Shown here piece by piece: positions 1 through 12,845 of a DNA stretch of 64,000 bases; the stretch's first letter is position 1, and each line of letters starts with the position of its first letter. A program made the translations under genes and the position numbers. The stretch is from Selaginella moellendorffii (Eukaryota; Plantae; Lycopodiophyta), in NCBI RefSeq assembly GCF_000143415.4, contig NW_003314273.1:2112597-2176596 (forward strand), in the 5' to 3' direction. Under the pieces are notes generated by a model, which was not told the origin of the DNA, did not search any database, and was given only the letters and a program-made list of their open reading frames with translations.

Positions 1-409
1 ACGATGAACCGTGATCATCACTAGTGGTGCAGGGTGCAACATCGAGCACAGCAATGGCTGAAACAGAAGAAAGGAAAATGAGAGGAATAATAGCATGCCC
101 TGACGCACCAAGTTTGAAATCTTGACAGATTATCGTGAGTCCAATAAAAATTCATAGAAAATTTATTTTTCTCTTTTTAACCTGAACTTGAGCGAATCTA
201 CATTCAACTGGAGCATACGTCAAAAGCTTTCAAGGTAAAGTACCATCAAAAGCTGCGTCGCTTGTTCGTTCCCCGCTGGTCACCACGAATATCGATTCTC
301 CATTCTCGAATCTCGAAAGGAAGGACACCTTTTCAGGTCGCTCCATCGCTGGAGCAAACTTCCACCTATTCTGCTCTACTGAATTACTCTCGGTACGGCT
401 CTGATCCAT
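1..409 (-). CDS. Possible 5' part of a spliced gene running off the left edge; product unknown
   Basis: The minus strand reads MDQSRTESNSVEQNRWKFAPAMERPEKVSFLSRFENGESIFVVTSGERTSDAAFD, followed by plausible GT donors and pyrimidine-rich AG acceptors. No family motif recognised. Confidence 0.3.
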
Positions 410-2815
410 CCATCCTGAAGTAAAGAATTCTCTTTTTTCCTCCTCTTTTTTTTCTTTTTTTTTTTCTCTTGGAACATTCGTAATTAAAGTTTCTGGTAAG
501 TGATTCTGATCTTTTCTCTCAGTCTAGCAGCAGTGTTTGAAACTGATGGTCACACGCTCGCACTCATCCAATTCTGTGTTTGTTCTCTCAGTCGCAATTG
601 ACGCTTGCAAGATTGATTGCTTGCAGGGTGATTCGATTACATGCTCCAAAAAACCAGAAGATTTTATTGTTTGATCTTCTCGCAAGCTCTATCGAAGCAG
701 ACAAACTCCGGCTTTGCCCTCGTTCCTGAACTATAAAGACGAACCACATTAAGAAGATACTTATCAACCACGAATCGAGACCATTGACCATGAGAGAACC
801 AAAGAAAAGAAAAGATTTTGTTGTTTCATGGTCATTTGTATATTTTTCTGCGTTGACGTTGACGGTGGGTTGTAATTTGCAGGCATGGTTTATATTCCTT
901 GTTTGTGGTCCCCCAAGTATGTTTGTTTAAACTTCTTCTTTCCCTTTCTTGGACTTTTTGCTGGTGCTGGTGGGATAGTGTCTCGATCGAAATTGTTGCT
1001 TGGTTGGTTTGTTTGATGGATTGAATGGATTGCCTCCTTGTTTGTTTGTTGGCCGCGATTGTCTCTACAAAAACTAATCACTTTTTGCGTGATGGTTCCG
1101 AGATCATCGTTGGGATTTGCTTACTGAAGCTCCTGGTGGCCTCCAATCCTAGGATCGAGGCACGAGCCTTGGAATCCCAAAGTTGGGGGTTAAAACTCCT
1201 ATAGAAAAACTTCCAGAAAAACTGATCAATCACTGAAAAGCGAGGCCCCGTCCGTACTGGGTGTGCTAGAACTTGTCACAACTACGGCCACCTACAACAA
1301 CGCTCCAAGCACTTTAGAGAATTTTGAGAGAATATCGAGAATTTCCTGTGTTCTCTCAGGAGAGTGTGTCTGTGTGGGTGTCCCAGGCCATGACTGCACT
1401 CCAAGTGTGCAAATAGAAACTCCGGTCTTTTCGCTTAGTTGGTGTGTCAACCCACAAGGAAGACAATGAAACGACCAGATAACACAGAAAAATGTGTGTC
1501 CGTACACCTCTTTTTCTCTTTTTTCTTTGGTGTAAGCTATGGGATAGCTGCTGCTGCTACTCTACGAGGCTCAATCAAGCAGAGAGAGAGACATTCGCGT
1601 GAAATTTTAGGAGCCAGTTCTTTCGCTAGGAATTTGATTCCAATTGTCCTTGTTTGTAAGAAGCAATTTTTTAAGGCTCCCAACGTATGTTTAAGCTAAG
1701 AAAAGGTGGTCAAACGAGATCAAGTTTCTCATGCGCACATTAGCAGGTTGATCTATTAGAACAGTGGTTTGATGTTCTCTTTTTTTTCTCACTTTGTGTG
1801 ATTGTTGGTGTGATAGTGGTGGAATCCACGCGGAATTTTCTATAGGAATGTGTGAGTGGCGTCGATGATGCTTCTAGTAGAGATTTTTTTTCCCCTCTCT
1901 AGCTAGCGGATTGAATCCAGTGAGTGGAAACAAACAATTTTCTTTTGTTTGGTCTGTTAGATGGACTTCTTTGATACGGCATGCGGTCGGTGAATCGTTT
2001 TCATATTTCTAAACATTGTTAAATATTATAGTAATAAAGAAATAATATTTATAATATAATAGTAAGGTAAGAAAAACGTTAATTCTGGCGTTAAGCTGTC
2101 AAAGTTTAAAAGAGAGACCGCCGCCAAAAAAGCGCTGTCTGTGTGCATAGCAGTAGAAGAACCAATGGTAAAACTGGCGAGACAGTAACATACTGCTGTG
2201 GTAACAAGCGAAGACACGTTAACTTCACAGACAGGCTAGCTACACGTCTGGTTTTCCTAGCTACACCGATTGATTTTACCCATTCGGGTAAAATCGTCAG
2301 TCTCGAACGTACAATATACGTATTCTCAGCAAGAAAGCTGGCCGGCGGAGCCGAGTAAATACACAAGTCCTAGAAGAAAGTTTCCCTGGTGGGGTGAAAA
2401 ATCGTGTCCTTGAAAATCTACTTATTTCCCCAAGGACCTGTCCCTAGCAAAGTGCGCTCTTTGCGCAGGGGCCTTTAGCAAGAACAGCCTATAGATGCCT
2501 ATGAGAACCCTTATAGTTTTTATTTCATACAGCCTACTTGGTTTCTTCCAGGACTTCTCGTGCTTCCTTCCTTCCATTCCATTCTTTTTCTTCTCTTCTC
2601 TCTCGAATCGATCGATCGATCGGCCGATCTCTCCTCTCCTTCCCACGAAAATTAGCGAATCGGCGGTGATCATTGGCGCTGCGAGGAAGAATCGGCGAAG
2701 AATTCGCTCTCTTTCCTTCTCACCCCGGCGCGGCAAGGCGGGGATTTCTTTCCACTGTTCTTCGCCCGGGCATTGCAGCGATCGATCGTGAGCTGGGACG
2801 ACGACGAAGGAGATT

Positions 2816-3274
2816 ATGAGGAGCATGTACTCGATACTGAGCCCCGAGAGCAAAGATCGTCCCAAGATCCATGGCGACAAGAGCCCTAATCCCTCCTCCA
2901 AGGATCCCACCAGGAAGGCGGCGTCGGCGGCAGCGCAGAGGGCATCATCGAGCAGGAGAAAATGTAGGCGAGTGTTTAGGATCCGGATGCGCGTAGCAGC
3001 GCGCCTCCATTTCCTGGATCGGCTGCGCGAGATGTGCGTCCGCCTTGTTCTTGGCAGTGGGAGGAGCCGATGCCGCAATGTGTGTGACTCGCCCAAGCCC
3101 GATCAACAGCGCCATCGCCAGGCGCCGCCGCCGCCGCCGCCACACAAGCAGCAGCAGCAAGCAGCAGAGATTTGCGTGAGCCGGAGCTCCTACTGCGAGG
3201 ACGCGGTGTCGGAGTGCATCAAATTCATCAAGCAAACGGCGGTGGCCGCGGATTCCCGGTCCCTTATCTGCTGA
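2816..3274 (+). CDS. Small basic plant protein (152 aa), similar to the uncharacterised so-called 'josephin-like' small plant proteins
   Basis: GC-rich single-exon ORF with a basic amphipathic segment (LHFLDRLREMCVRLV) and a C-terminal YCEDAVSECIKFIK motif like the recalled family consensus 'EAIxDCIEF'. Confidence 0.5.
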   Translation: MRSMYSILSPESKDRPKIHGDKSPNPSSKDPTRKAASAAAQRASSSRRKCRRVFRIRMRVAARLHFLDRLREMCVRLVLGSGRSRCRNVCDSPKPDQQRHRQAPPPPPPHKQQQQAAEICVSRSSYCEDAVSECIKFIKQTAVAADSRSLIC

Positions 3275-3878
3275 TCGATCGATCGAGCAGCGCGCTCGCT
3301 GTTGCTGTTCCTCCTGTTCCTCGACGCAGAGAGGTTCGTCCTTTTTCGTGAGTTTGCCTGTAGATATTCCTCCCTATACGATGGAAATGTTTCCTTTTGG
3401 TGCTCTATAGCTCGCCAAAGAAGAAGAAGAAGAAGAAGAAGAACGAAAGAGAGAAAGAAAGAAAGAAAGAAAGAAAGAAGAGGAGTGGTGAAAGGATTGA
3501 AAGCTCGAGCTCGCTCGAGCTGTGATAAATTTGCATTAGATTTGCAGTGTCTCACGAGTCCTGTGACTGCTATAATTCTCGATTTGATTCAAAAGACTGG
3601 GCATTTGTGTGCATAAACGAAGAGCAAGAAAAAAAAAAGCTTTGGGTTTTGATGGGTGGGGAGGATCTTGCCTGAGAAGCATTTCCTCACATTTGAAATT
3701 ATTAATGAATTATGGTGTTTTTGTCGTGTTTTTTCCTCCTCTTTTCCTCATTCCTAGTAGTACTTGAAGGGTCGTTGCTTGGATTTTACTCATTCACTCA
3801 AGCATTCATTCATTCAATTCATCTCTCTCTTTTTTCTCCCTGGCAGTGTGGGCTGGTTAAATTTACCGGGAAGAAAAC

Positions 3879-3881
<3 letters not shown>

Positions 3882-3921
<40 letters not shown>
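3882..3921. repeat. (GA)n microsatellite
   Basis: Direct reading, about 20 GA units. Confidence 0.95.
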
Positions 3922-3923
<2 letters not shown>

Positions 3924-5113
3924 GTTGAGTCAGTCTCTTATCTCCTTGTTGTTGTTGTTGTGCTCTCTTGCATTGTGTGGGTGTTCCATAAATGGTGGAT
4001 CGTTTTCATTGCAGGAATGAGATTCACAAGGTTGGAGACGGGGATTGATTGCTGCTGTGTGAAGATGCTGTGGCTGTGGACACTCATACACTATACACAC
4101 ACAAACTACGCTTACACATCCCAGGAATTCCAGGGAGGGATTGAAGTTTGGAGCTCCAGTGTAGCTTTTTTGACATATTCTCTGGGCCGCTAGACACGCA
4201 CTAGTCAAGGAATGAATGCACGGGTCAGGAGATTTACTTATCTATTCAAGGGCTTCTCTTGACAATGTTTCTTTCTGTTTCCCCAGGAACAGCAACAGCG
4301 CTGGAGTTGGACGGCAAACGAGTCCCGTTTTCCTCCTCCTCACAGTAGTGTCGATTGGAATTCGGAGTTGCGAATGGCATCTTCTTCATGAGGACTTGGC
4401 TGGTGGTGGAGATGGAGATGGCGATGGAGTAAAAGTGGTGCCCTGGAAATAATGTTGAAAGTACTGTGGCTTGGTTTTATTGCTGGAAGACCATCTTTGC
4501 CAAAGAAACTATTGAAAAGGATGCGCGAAAAAGCAGTGTCGGCTTCCCATATTACCAAATTTCAAGGGGAACAAAATATTTATAGAAAGATGGTGGACTG
4601 GGAAGAAATTTCTTAAAAGCAATCAAGGACTGGCATCGTATCCGATTGCTTGGAACAGGAGTACTTAAGTTGTGGAGCGAAATCTCTTCCTTTTGCTCGC
4701 AAGCTTTGGTCCTTCCCCCATGCCCAAAACCATGACGAGGTAAAAGCTAGGAAGTGTCCCTTGGAACACAATTCCAAGAAAAACCATCATGAAGCGGAGG
4801 CTCCAAATCATGGAGCATCTACGCATTCCTCCATGATTAAATTCTATCGTTGCAAACCATCATCGTTACAACACAAATCCTCCATCTCCCAGATTTGCTT
4901 GATTTGCATCACACTAATTCCCGTAATGGAAGAACTCGAGCAGCATCTAAGCGGATTCTTGTGAGCTCCAGGGATGTTCTTGGCGCAGTTCCACATCTCT
5001 CTACGAACTATTGGGCATCGTCGTCCATGATCGATTGCAACAGTCTCACGTCTCTTAAGACGCAACTTTGGTAGTATCGAAACTAGGTATCGAAGGGAGG
5101 GCTTTCGCTGGAA

Positions 5114-7684
5114 ATGGCTTCCTGGGTAGTAGCATCACTGCCCGTCTTGGTTCTTCTTTTGTGGGCTGCCCTCCATCCAGCAAAAGTGACGCACTACAAA
5201 GGTACTTCTCGTTACTACTGGTTCTAGCTCGATGGTTCTCGATGGTGAAACCTTGATCCAGTTCTGGGTTTGAGAGGCAACGCTAGCAGTGAAGAAATTC
5301 AGGCTGCCTATACAGCGCGCAAGTCGCCATTGTAAGTTCATTCATTCCCTCAGTGGCTTCATCTCGTTTGAGACGTTTTTCGATATGCAGGGATACGAAG
5401 GTTCTCTCGCTCCTTTTCTTTTTTCCTCTTTTTATTTCTCGTGTTAATACAGGTTGATCATGCTTTTTACGTTCTATCGGATGCATATAGAAGGCGAGTT
5501 TACGATCACTTCGGCCTGGACAGCGTAGAGGTGATCTTGTGATTTTCATTTTTCTCGAAATGGTCTCGATGTTCGTTGCGGCAGTCAGAAGAAGCTGCTT
5601 TAGATACAGGTCCAATCCTTTCTCGCACATCGAGCCTCGACGATACGAACTTTAAGTCCGTTTTGGAGAGCACGACACCATGTTTGATTCAGATCTTCTC
5701 AGATGTCAACACTAGATCAAGGGAGTTCTCACCAGTGTGGGAAAGACTGGGTAATGCTTTGCGTGTTCGTGCTTTTTCCAGCCATGCTGTTCGTGATTCC
5801 AGCGGAAGTTCTCGAAGGCCAAGTTAATCTTTTGAGAGTCGAGCTAGGAGAAGTTCAACTCGCAAAGCTCTTGGCAGGAAAGAGGTGGATCAGACGCCAT
5901 GGTAAACACGTAAACCTCCTATTTTCTTTCATTTTCTTTCTTCAGGGATTCCATCTCTTGTTGCCAAGCCGCCGGGATGTAGGGAATTAAAATGCCTGAT
6001 TCGGTAAATTCATGAAGCCTTGTTCCGCTTTTTCTGACGAACACTGTAGGTACTCCAAAGGCCTCAGCTACGATTCTATACTGGACTGGATAGCAACGCT
6101 GCTTCTCGATCTTCCTCGTATTCGTTATTTTTCTTCTCAGAACTTGGTAGCCACAATTTTCACTAAAATCTAAAACAAGCACTGACTAAAGTCACGCAGA
6201 TACCCGAGTTCATTAAAAAATCTGGACCGCATAAGGTGCTGGTATAGTAGCATAAACAAAATCCTACGACACTAATCAAAATCTGCACTTCTTTTTAGGT
6301 GAAAGTTATTCTTTTTTCTGACACAGGAGAGCGTGCACTTCCATTCGTAAGAGAAGCGGCCAAGAAGTACTCCGAGTTTATGTCTTTTGGATGTGTTTTG
6401 TGGAGGCAAGAGGAAGCTTCGATTTGGAAAAGCCGGTATTTTTAGTGATAATCACGTGAATTGATTCATGCTTTTGCATGTGGAGCAGGCTTGGATTAGA
6501 GTTGGCACCGGCGGTAGTTTTTATCAAAGATCCTGGTGTCCAGCCCATAATTGTTTATGGTAAGAATCCTCTTTTCGGCAGCTTTGAGATGATTTCTTTC
6601 ACTTTGCAGGTAAATTGACCCGTGACTCCTTCATGGAAACTGTGGAAGAACATAAAGTTCATGGTAAGTACTACGTAGGCTCTTCTTCTTTTTGCTATCT
6701 TTTGAATTGCAATTTAATGTGCGCGCTTTTAGTTCTTCCTCAGCTGCGAAGCATCACGGCTTCCAAACTTGGATGTGATCCCGCAGACTTCTCTGCATCT
6801 GGAAAAGATGTCGAAACATGGTACTGCGTTGTGGTTGCTGGAAGGCCTGGTTTTCAGCTTGATCAACTCCGCAGTGTAAGATTTTTCTTTCTTGTTGTTT
6901 CTAGCTGACGAGTTTCTCATATTAGACGATGAGAATCGTGCAAGATGAGCTCGTAAGCGAGGACATTGATAGCCACAATTTTGCTGCTGCCACTGCATAC
7001 AAAGACAAGCGTTTGAGCCTATCATGGCTTGACGGCGAAATGCAAAAGGTGGATACTTATATAGCTCGCTGGTTAATTAATCCTCGTTTTTGTGCAGAAA
7101 TTTTGCTATTACTGCCTCCCTTCTGAAACCGTCCATGAGACTTGCGGGCCGAGGCAGTACCAAGAGCAAGACGTGGCAAGAATTTTTATGATACGTTTTA
7201 GAAGAGATCCAAACCATCAAAAGCCGGTGGTGAAGAGAATCAATACCTGGTGGCGTTTGGATGATGAGGAGCAAGATTTAGCATCGATGCTTATTGCTCC
7301 ATACAGTGGTGCAGATGAAATCTCGGAGGTTGGTTGGTTTCACTTGGAAAATCCAAGACTTCTTTCTCTTTTCTTCTCTCTTTTTTGCTATACCAAAGAG
7401 GTTTTCTGCAGGTTTTATCGTGGATTTCTAGTACTGTTCGTGACGGCGACACAAATGAAATTCCATTCTTTGTAAGTGTTGTGGTGTTTTGAAAGTTTGG
7501 AGAACTCTTGACTGTGGGATTTTGTTAGAATACTAAGTCGGTGCCTGCGTTAATACCCGAGGAGCAAGCAGTCTCGATGCTCTCTTCAACACGGAATGCT
7601 GCGAGTGGAATGAGGAGGAGATTGATAGACAAAGTGAACAGTCTGGTTGTGGATCTTATGGACTTCATCACAGATTGGTCATAA
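5114..7684 (+). CDS. Multi-exon secretory-pathway protein with an N-terminal J-like domain and thioredoxin-like folds (DNAJC16/At1g18700-like)
   Basis: ATG 5114 gives signal-like MASWVVASLPVLVLLLWAAL, then THYK|VLGLRGNASSEEIQAAY...|VDHAFYVLSDAYRRRVYDHFG (J-domain helices). Later exons give PCLIQIFS...FSPVWERL, LPQLRSITASKLGCD and LSWLDGEMQK|KFCYYCL. Many GT-AG introns; first in-frame stop at 7682-7684. Confidence 0.8.
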
Positions 7685-8271
7685 ACGATTACAAACTAGC
7701 ATACTTTCACAAAGTTTACAATCTTTTTTAAGATTGTTATCAAGAAATTTAAAGGATTATTTTAAAAAAATTTTTAAATTTTTTTTTAAAGAAAATGTTT
7801 ATGTCCATGATAATGGTAACTAAATAATTTATTAAGAATATAAATTTATATAAACCTTTTAAATAGTTTAAATATTGATATTATTCAGTTAAGACTATTA
7901 ATGTTATTGCTAATAGACTTGCTAACAATACTCAATTTTAGCTAATTTAATCCCAAAAAATGGTGCAATTGTTTTTAGATATGTTGTAAAGCTTAAAATA
8001 TTGAAGTTTACATCTTTGGACTCAATTATAATTAAAGTAATTTTTAATAATTACCTTATTCAATTTTTAATGATTTTATTTCACATAAATAACACATCCA
8101 AGTAAAATTTTTTTCACATACATTATTTTGAAAAAATAAAGGTTAATTTTACAAATACATATTATAACACCATAATATATTGCGAGCAAATCCGAGTTAT
8201 GCTCAATTAAAAAGAAATTTAGTTGTTAGTCTATGTTTAGTGTATCCTTGTCTATCAATGTTTTGCAATAT

Positions 8272-8281
8272 TATATATATA

Positions 8282-8357
<76 letters not shown>
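8272..8357. repeat. (TA)n microsatellite inside an AT-rich insertion-like block (~7690-8830)
   Basis: Direct reading. Confidence 0.95.
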
Positions 8358-8359
<2 letters not shown>

Positions 8360-8943
8360 TTTTATAAATATTAATGCATCATTCACATTGATTCTGAACA
8401 TATTGCAAAAACAGGAATTATAAAAGTTTAAATTACTTTTATTAATTTCTATAATTTTTAAAAAATTTATTTATACATTATTTAATTTATGAAATAGTAA
8501 TTTTTAATTTTTTTAATATTTATAAAAGGTTACAGATTACAGATTATATATTATTAACTTATGTTATGCACTGTTTTGCAAAACAAAAGAGTAATTTGTA
8601 TCTTAAAAAGAAAATTTAGTTCCTTCTAAATATTTTTTAATTGTTTATGTATATATTAATTTTTAATTAATTTTTATTTTCTCCTTTAGTTCAATCTTTA
8701 AAACCTTTTAAAAGAAACATCAACAATCATGCTTTATTAAATCAAGAGTTAGATAGTAAAATTACCTTTGGCAATATTTAACCTTATATTTTAGAAAAAT
8801 TAAGGGAAAACTAACTATATGAAAGTAGTGATGATGGCTATGACAAGGAGAAATGTCATTATGCAACAAGTAGTGCTACTTCAAGTAGACTTGTTACACG
8901 GAGAAATTTCTCTGAGAATTCATATCAACTCTCTTTCTAAGCA

Positions 8944-10166
8944 TTATTGGTTGTACAAAACTTTTGGTTCCATGCTAGAGGGAATGGCTGGCTGGATCCC
9001 TCCTGGGTTGAGAGGAAACAAGGCCCCATAGTAGCCATCCATTATGCTTGGGAGGTTGCAAGTGGACGACACTCCTGGAATCTAACACAAAAGAACAAGA
9101 CATTACTAGCAATCACAACTTGAACAGCGTGTAGGAACCTGGTATATCTGTCGCATGTAGCCATAAAGATTCGAAAACTCCGACAACTTTCGCTTGGAGC
9201 ACTTGAAAAGAATGTGGTAGACAGCATCAAACCTGTACAACGTCGTGAACAGCCGGATGTCTGCCAGAGTGAGCGAGTCGCCACACAAAAATCTCGAGCA
9301 CTGAAGGTGTTTCTCAACAGTTTCGAGTGCAGAGAAAAGGTTGTGAACAGCATGATCGTAAGCATTCTGGCTCTGAGCAAAACCACACCTAAGACACAAA
9401 GCGCGAGTCAGTGAGAGAGAGAGAGAGGAAAAAACACACCGAACCTGTATACACCATTGTTGATGTTGGCATAGACGAGTTGGTTCCAGCGGTCCATTTC
9501 CTGGCCGAGAGATGCCGGAGCTAGATCCAAGTGTTGGTTCTCTGCAAGCGCATTAAAGTCCGAGTTTAACATCGCGATAATGTCTGCGCTCTCGTTGTTC
9601 ACCACTGCTTTCCTGACACGATCCCACAGCATGGGAACCGTCGCTCGTCCCTGAAACCCCCCGCTGTTCATCCGATAAACATCTATCAGACGACTGCAGT
9701 TATGTGCCTTATCCGGGTATCTACCAGCCTCAAACTCCCACAGCCCCGACTTCCCTGGAAGAGCAAGCGAGATAGGAACCGCCGAGCCTAGTCCTTTGAG
9801 AGAGTGAACGATGAGTGCCCGGTGAGCCCACGGACAAACCGGCGACGCATACAGATGGTAGCGTCCGGCGTGCTCGACTGAAACCGGCTCCTCAAACCGG
9901 CCCCGAAACTGGCTCTCTGGCCTCCTGTACGTTCCATCGCCGGAATCTCGTGGAGCTAGCTGCTGCATCATAGTCCGCCATGCTAAGTTCCAGCCTTCAC
10001 GTACTGCTCCTATTACTATCTCCGATGGCAATCCTGCTGCTGCTGCGACTATGACCTGTGTCCGGTAAAGCTCTCTCTTTTGCTTCCTGTCATGATTCCT
10101 TGTAAACCCAGAAAAGCTGCGGCACTGTTCCTGCGCTACTGCTACAACCGGACATCCCAGTCCCAT
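8944..10166 (-). CDS. Glutathionyl-hydroquinone reductase (GHR/Xi-class GST, YqjG/ECM4 family), probably plastid-targeted
   Basis: GRYHLYASPVCPWAHR (CPWA active site), ATVPMLWD...VVNNESADII, NINNGVYR|CGFAQSQ, TLADIRLFTTLYRFDAVY and C-terminal LFPLNPGGIQP. Three exons; stop at 8944-8946. Confidence 0.92.
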
Positions 10167-10407
10167 TGCCGAATGGAATTCGAAGAAATGGACTAACCCA
10201 GGAGTGTACAGTTGAGCGCTGCTTACATTGATTGACAATACGACTTCTTCTTGTACAGGAAGCCTAGGACCCCCCGCAATCGAACACCAAAAAAATTAGT
10301 GCAGGGGGCTAAGCATCCATGATGGATCAGCATGGCATCAAAACTCGCCAGTCTGATCTCTTCTGTCCCACAAAATCAATAGAAAATCTTTGGGGCGTAC
10401 CAATCAA

Positions 10408-11075
10408 TCAGTCCAAGTCCAGAAACTCCATCCTCTTCCGCATCGTGCCCTTAAGCTCTGTAGCATCTTTTTCCGCCTTTTGAGCCTGCGAATAAAGCAA
10501 GAACACGCTACAGTTGCTACAAAAGCCAGGAGAAAAAAAAATAGATCTCACTCTTTTGATTTCGGCAGCTGACACTAAAACCATGTGGGCCGGCAAGTCT
10601 TTCTTCGTTTGGTCCTACGTTACGTGCTCGAGTCAAGACCACGAACCAAAAAAAACAAGGAAAGAGAAAGAGAACTATTTACCAGCTCGCCAACAAGCAC
10701 CACATTTTCCCCGCGGATAATGTACAGCCCAAGTGGAAGATCACAGTAGAGATCTCCCACAATGATCCTCTCCACAGCTTTCTCTAGCACAAGGTTAGCT
10801 GCACGAAGACAGCGAGAGAGTGAAAAAAAAATTAAAAAAATTCCAATCGAAACGATTGAGAGACTCGAAATAATCCACATACCAAACTGATCAAACGATC
10901 GCAGCGTTCCTACGAGCTTCCGACCGTCGCGGAGGATAACCAAAAGCTTCTCTGCTCAAGACGGAGAGATTGGAGAGATTTTCAATCTAAGCGCGCGCTG
11001 GATGCGAGAAAACTTACTGTCGAGATTATCTGCCAGAGATGTGGTGTGGAAGCTGTCGGGCGCAGCCCAAGACAT
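10408..11075 (-). CDS. LSM1: Sm-like protein LSM1
   Basis: MSWAAPD...SLADNLD|[23 protein letters not shown]|[39 protein letters not shown]|...[10 protein letters not shown], containing the Sm1/Sm2 motifs. Confidence 0.93.
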
Positions 11076-11209
11076 CGATCGAAGCGCGACGCTCCTGGCA
11101 GCAGCGCCGATTCATCCACGCGCCAAGAGCCCTAGCTAACTAGTCCCACAATAAAAAACCCTAGAACCACAATGGCATTTATTCTCACATTCTTCGTTTC
11201 CACAAACTC

Positions 11210-12760
11210 TCACTCTTCCATGTCTTCTTCTTCGTCTTCCTCGCCATTTTCGTCTTCCTCGAGCGTTAGATCTCCAAGGAGTTCTTCCAGAGGAACTTGA
11301 GGAAGCTCTCCATCCTCGTCCTCTCCAGCGATGGATGACGCCGCCACCGCTACCGGATTCTTAAACAGCGCGATCTTGGATCTCATCTCCGGGTCCTCCT
11401 CCAGCTCCTCCATAAACCTCTCGTACTCCACCGCCCTCTTGCTCTCCTCCTTGCCTCCGGTGCTCTCATCCACATCCATCTCCAAGCTCTTGAGCTTCCA
11501 CGGCCGCGCTTTGCCCCGCCTCTTCTGCCGCTTCTCTTCGTAGCTCTTCTTCACCAGCACCACCTCGGGCAGAACCAGTCCCCGGTACTTCTCCAGCTCC
11601 AGATCGTTGGTGTTGGCGCCGTAGAGATCGTAGCCGAGAGCATAGTCCCCGGGACGCAGCAAGTGCCCGAGATGAGTCCTCACGTTAAACATGGTGTCGT
11701 TCTTGCCAAAGTCGGAGCTCCTCACCACCTGTGCGTGGGCGAGAACGTACTTCTGGCTGCTGCTCTCGGCCGGAGAGTCGATCTCGATGTCAAGAACAAC
11801 GTACTCCACGAGCTGCCTGCTCGAGATCAAAGCCCTGTAAGGAACCCTCCAGTACTGCGACGCATCCACAAACGCGGAGCGTAGAGTCTGTGTGTCGAGC
11901 AGCATCAAAGTGTTGGAGACGCGAGTGCACAGCACCAGCGGGCCGATGTTCCCGAGCCCCGCGGCCACCTTCTGCGGGAGGCAGACCAGATCGTCCTTGC
12001 AAACCGGGCAGATCTCCACCGAGAACGTAAACTTGTAGTTGTACGAGTTGTTCTTGGTGTCGTGAGAGACCAGCTGCTTGTCATTCCTGCTCTTGACGGG
12101 CACTACGCTGCTAACGAAGTCCACGAACTTGAGCGCGTGGCTCCTGCTCGAGAAGAAGAAATCGATCCCTTCGTGCATCTGTTTGATGTTGATCGCCAGC
12201 GCCGCGGCGGCGTGCTTGAGGATGAGCTGCTCCAGGAAGAAGAAGGTCCGCTTGTGATCCACCTTCTGGCGGAGCTGGACGGCGGCGACCCACTGGTCCG
12301 GGTTGGCGGCGGCGCGCGAGCAAGCCTCGCACATATGATCCTGGACCACGAACTCCACCGTGTAGCTCTGCTCCAGGATGGCGCCGTGCATCACCTCCTT
12401 CTGGATCTTGAGCTTCACCTTGAGGCGCTTGGAGTGAGGCTCCGTCCACACGAATCCGGCGTCCACAAGGCGGACGCGGTTGAGATTCTTGAGCCGCTTG
12501 ATGCAAAAGGTGAGGAGCTCGCGGGATTCCAGCCCCGCCTTGATCCAGCAGCGCGGCGGCTGGAGGTAGCGCTCGCATTCCGGGCAGTAGAGGACCGTGA
12601 CGTGCTTCTGGAGGCCCTCGGTGATGTCTACCTGGGAGCGCAGGCACGAGACGCACATATTCGCTGGATTGGGCGCCATAGCCACGCCACACAAGCAGCA
12701 CAGCACCGTGCCCTGCGTCTGGGGGACGAGGAACGTACCATCGGTCGCCGCCATCGCCAT
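11210..12760 (-). CDS. NMD3: 60S ribosomal subunit export adaptor NMD3 (intronless, 516 aa)
   Basis: Four CxxC pairs, FVWTEPHSKRLK, VQLRQKVDHKRTFFFLEQLILKH, and C-terminal ELEEDPEMR plus a Leu-rich NES-like LEELLGDLTL. Confidence 0.96.
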   Translation of the reverse strand: MAMAATDGTFLVPQTQGTVLCCLCGVAMAPNPANMCVSCLRSQVDITEGLQKHVTVLYCPECERYLQPPRCWIKAGLESRELLTFCIKRLKNLNRVRLVDAGFVWTEPHSKRLKVKLKIQKEVMHGAILEQSYTVEFVVQDHMCEACSRAAANPDQWVAAVQLRQKVDHKRTFFFLEQLILKHAAAALAINIKQMHEGIDFFFSSRSHALKFVDFVSSVVPVKSRNDKQLVSHDTKNNSYNYKFTFSVEICPVCKDDLVCLPQKVAAGLGNIGPLVLCTRVSNTLMLLDTQTLRSAFVDASQYWRVPYRALISSRQLVEYVVLDIEIDSPAESSSQKYVLAHAQVVRSSDFGKNDTMFNVRTHLGHLLRPGDYALGYDLYGANTNDLELEKYRGLVLPEVVLVKKSYEEKRQKRRGKARPWKLKSLEMDVDESTGGKEESKRAVEYERFMEELEEDPEMRSKIALFKNPVAVAASSIAGEDEDGELPQVPLEELLGDLTLEEDENGEEDEEEDMEE

Positions 12761-12845
12761 CGCCGCCTCCCTCTCGCAAGAAGAAATGCGGACTAAAACC
12801 CTAGAGAAGGAATTTTAGGGTTCTTGTGGTCTTAAGGAAAATTTA

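Noticed and set aside
420-2400. Conserved miRNA or other ncRNA in the long non-coding stretch
   Set aside because: No recognisable conserved miRNA or clear hairpin by eye; an Rfam or sRNA search would be needed to exclude one.
3700-5080. Several 70-105 aa ORFs and possible splice sites
   Set aside because: No consistent gene model or family motif; partly simple-repeat derived.
11331-12818. Long antisense and alternate-frame ORFs over NMD3
   Set aside because: Shadow ORFs caused by high GC3 and stop-codon scarcity; no motifs.
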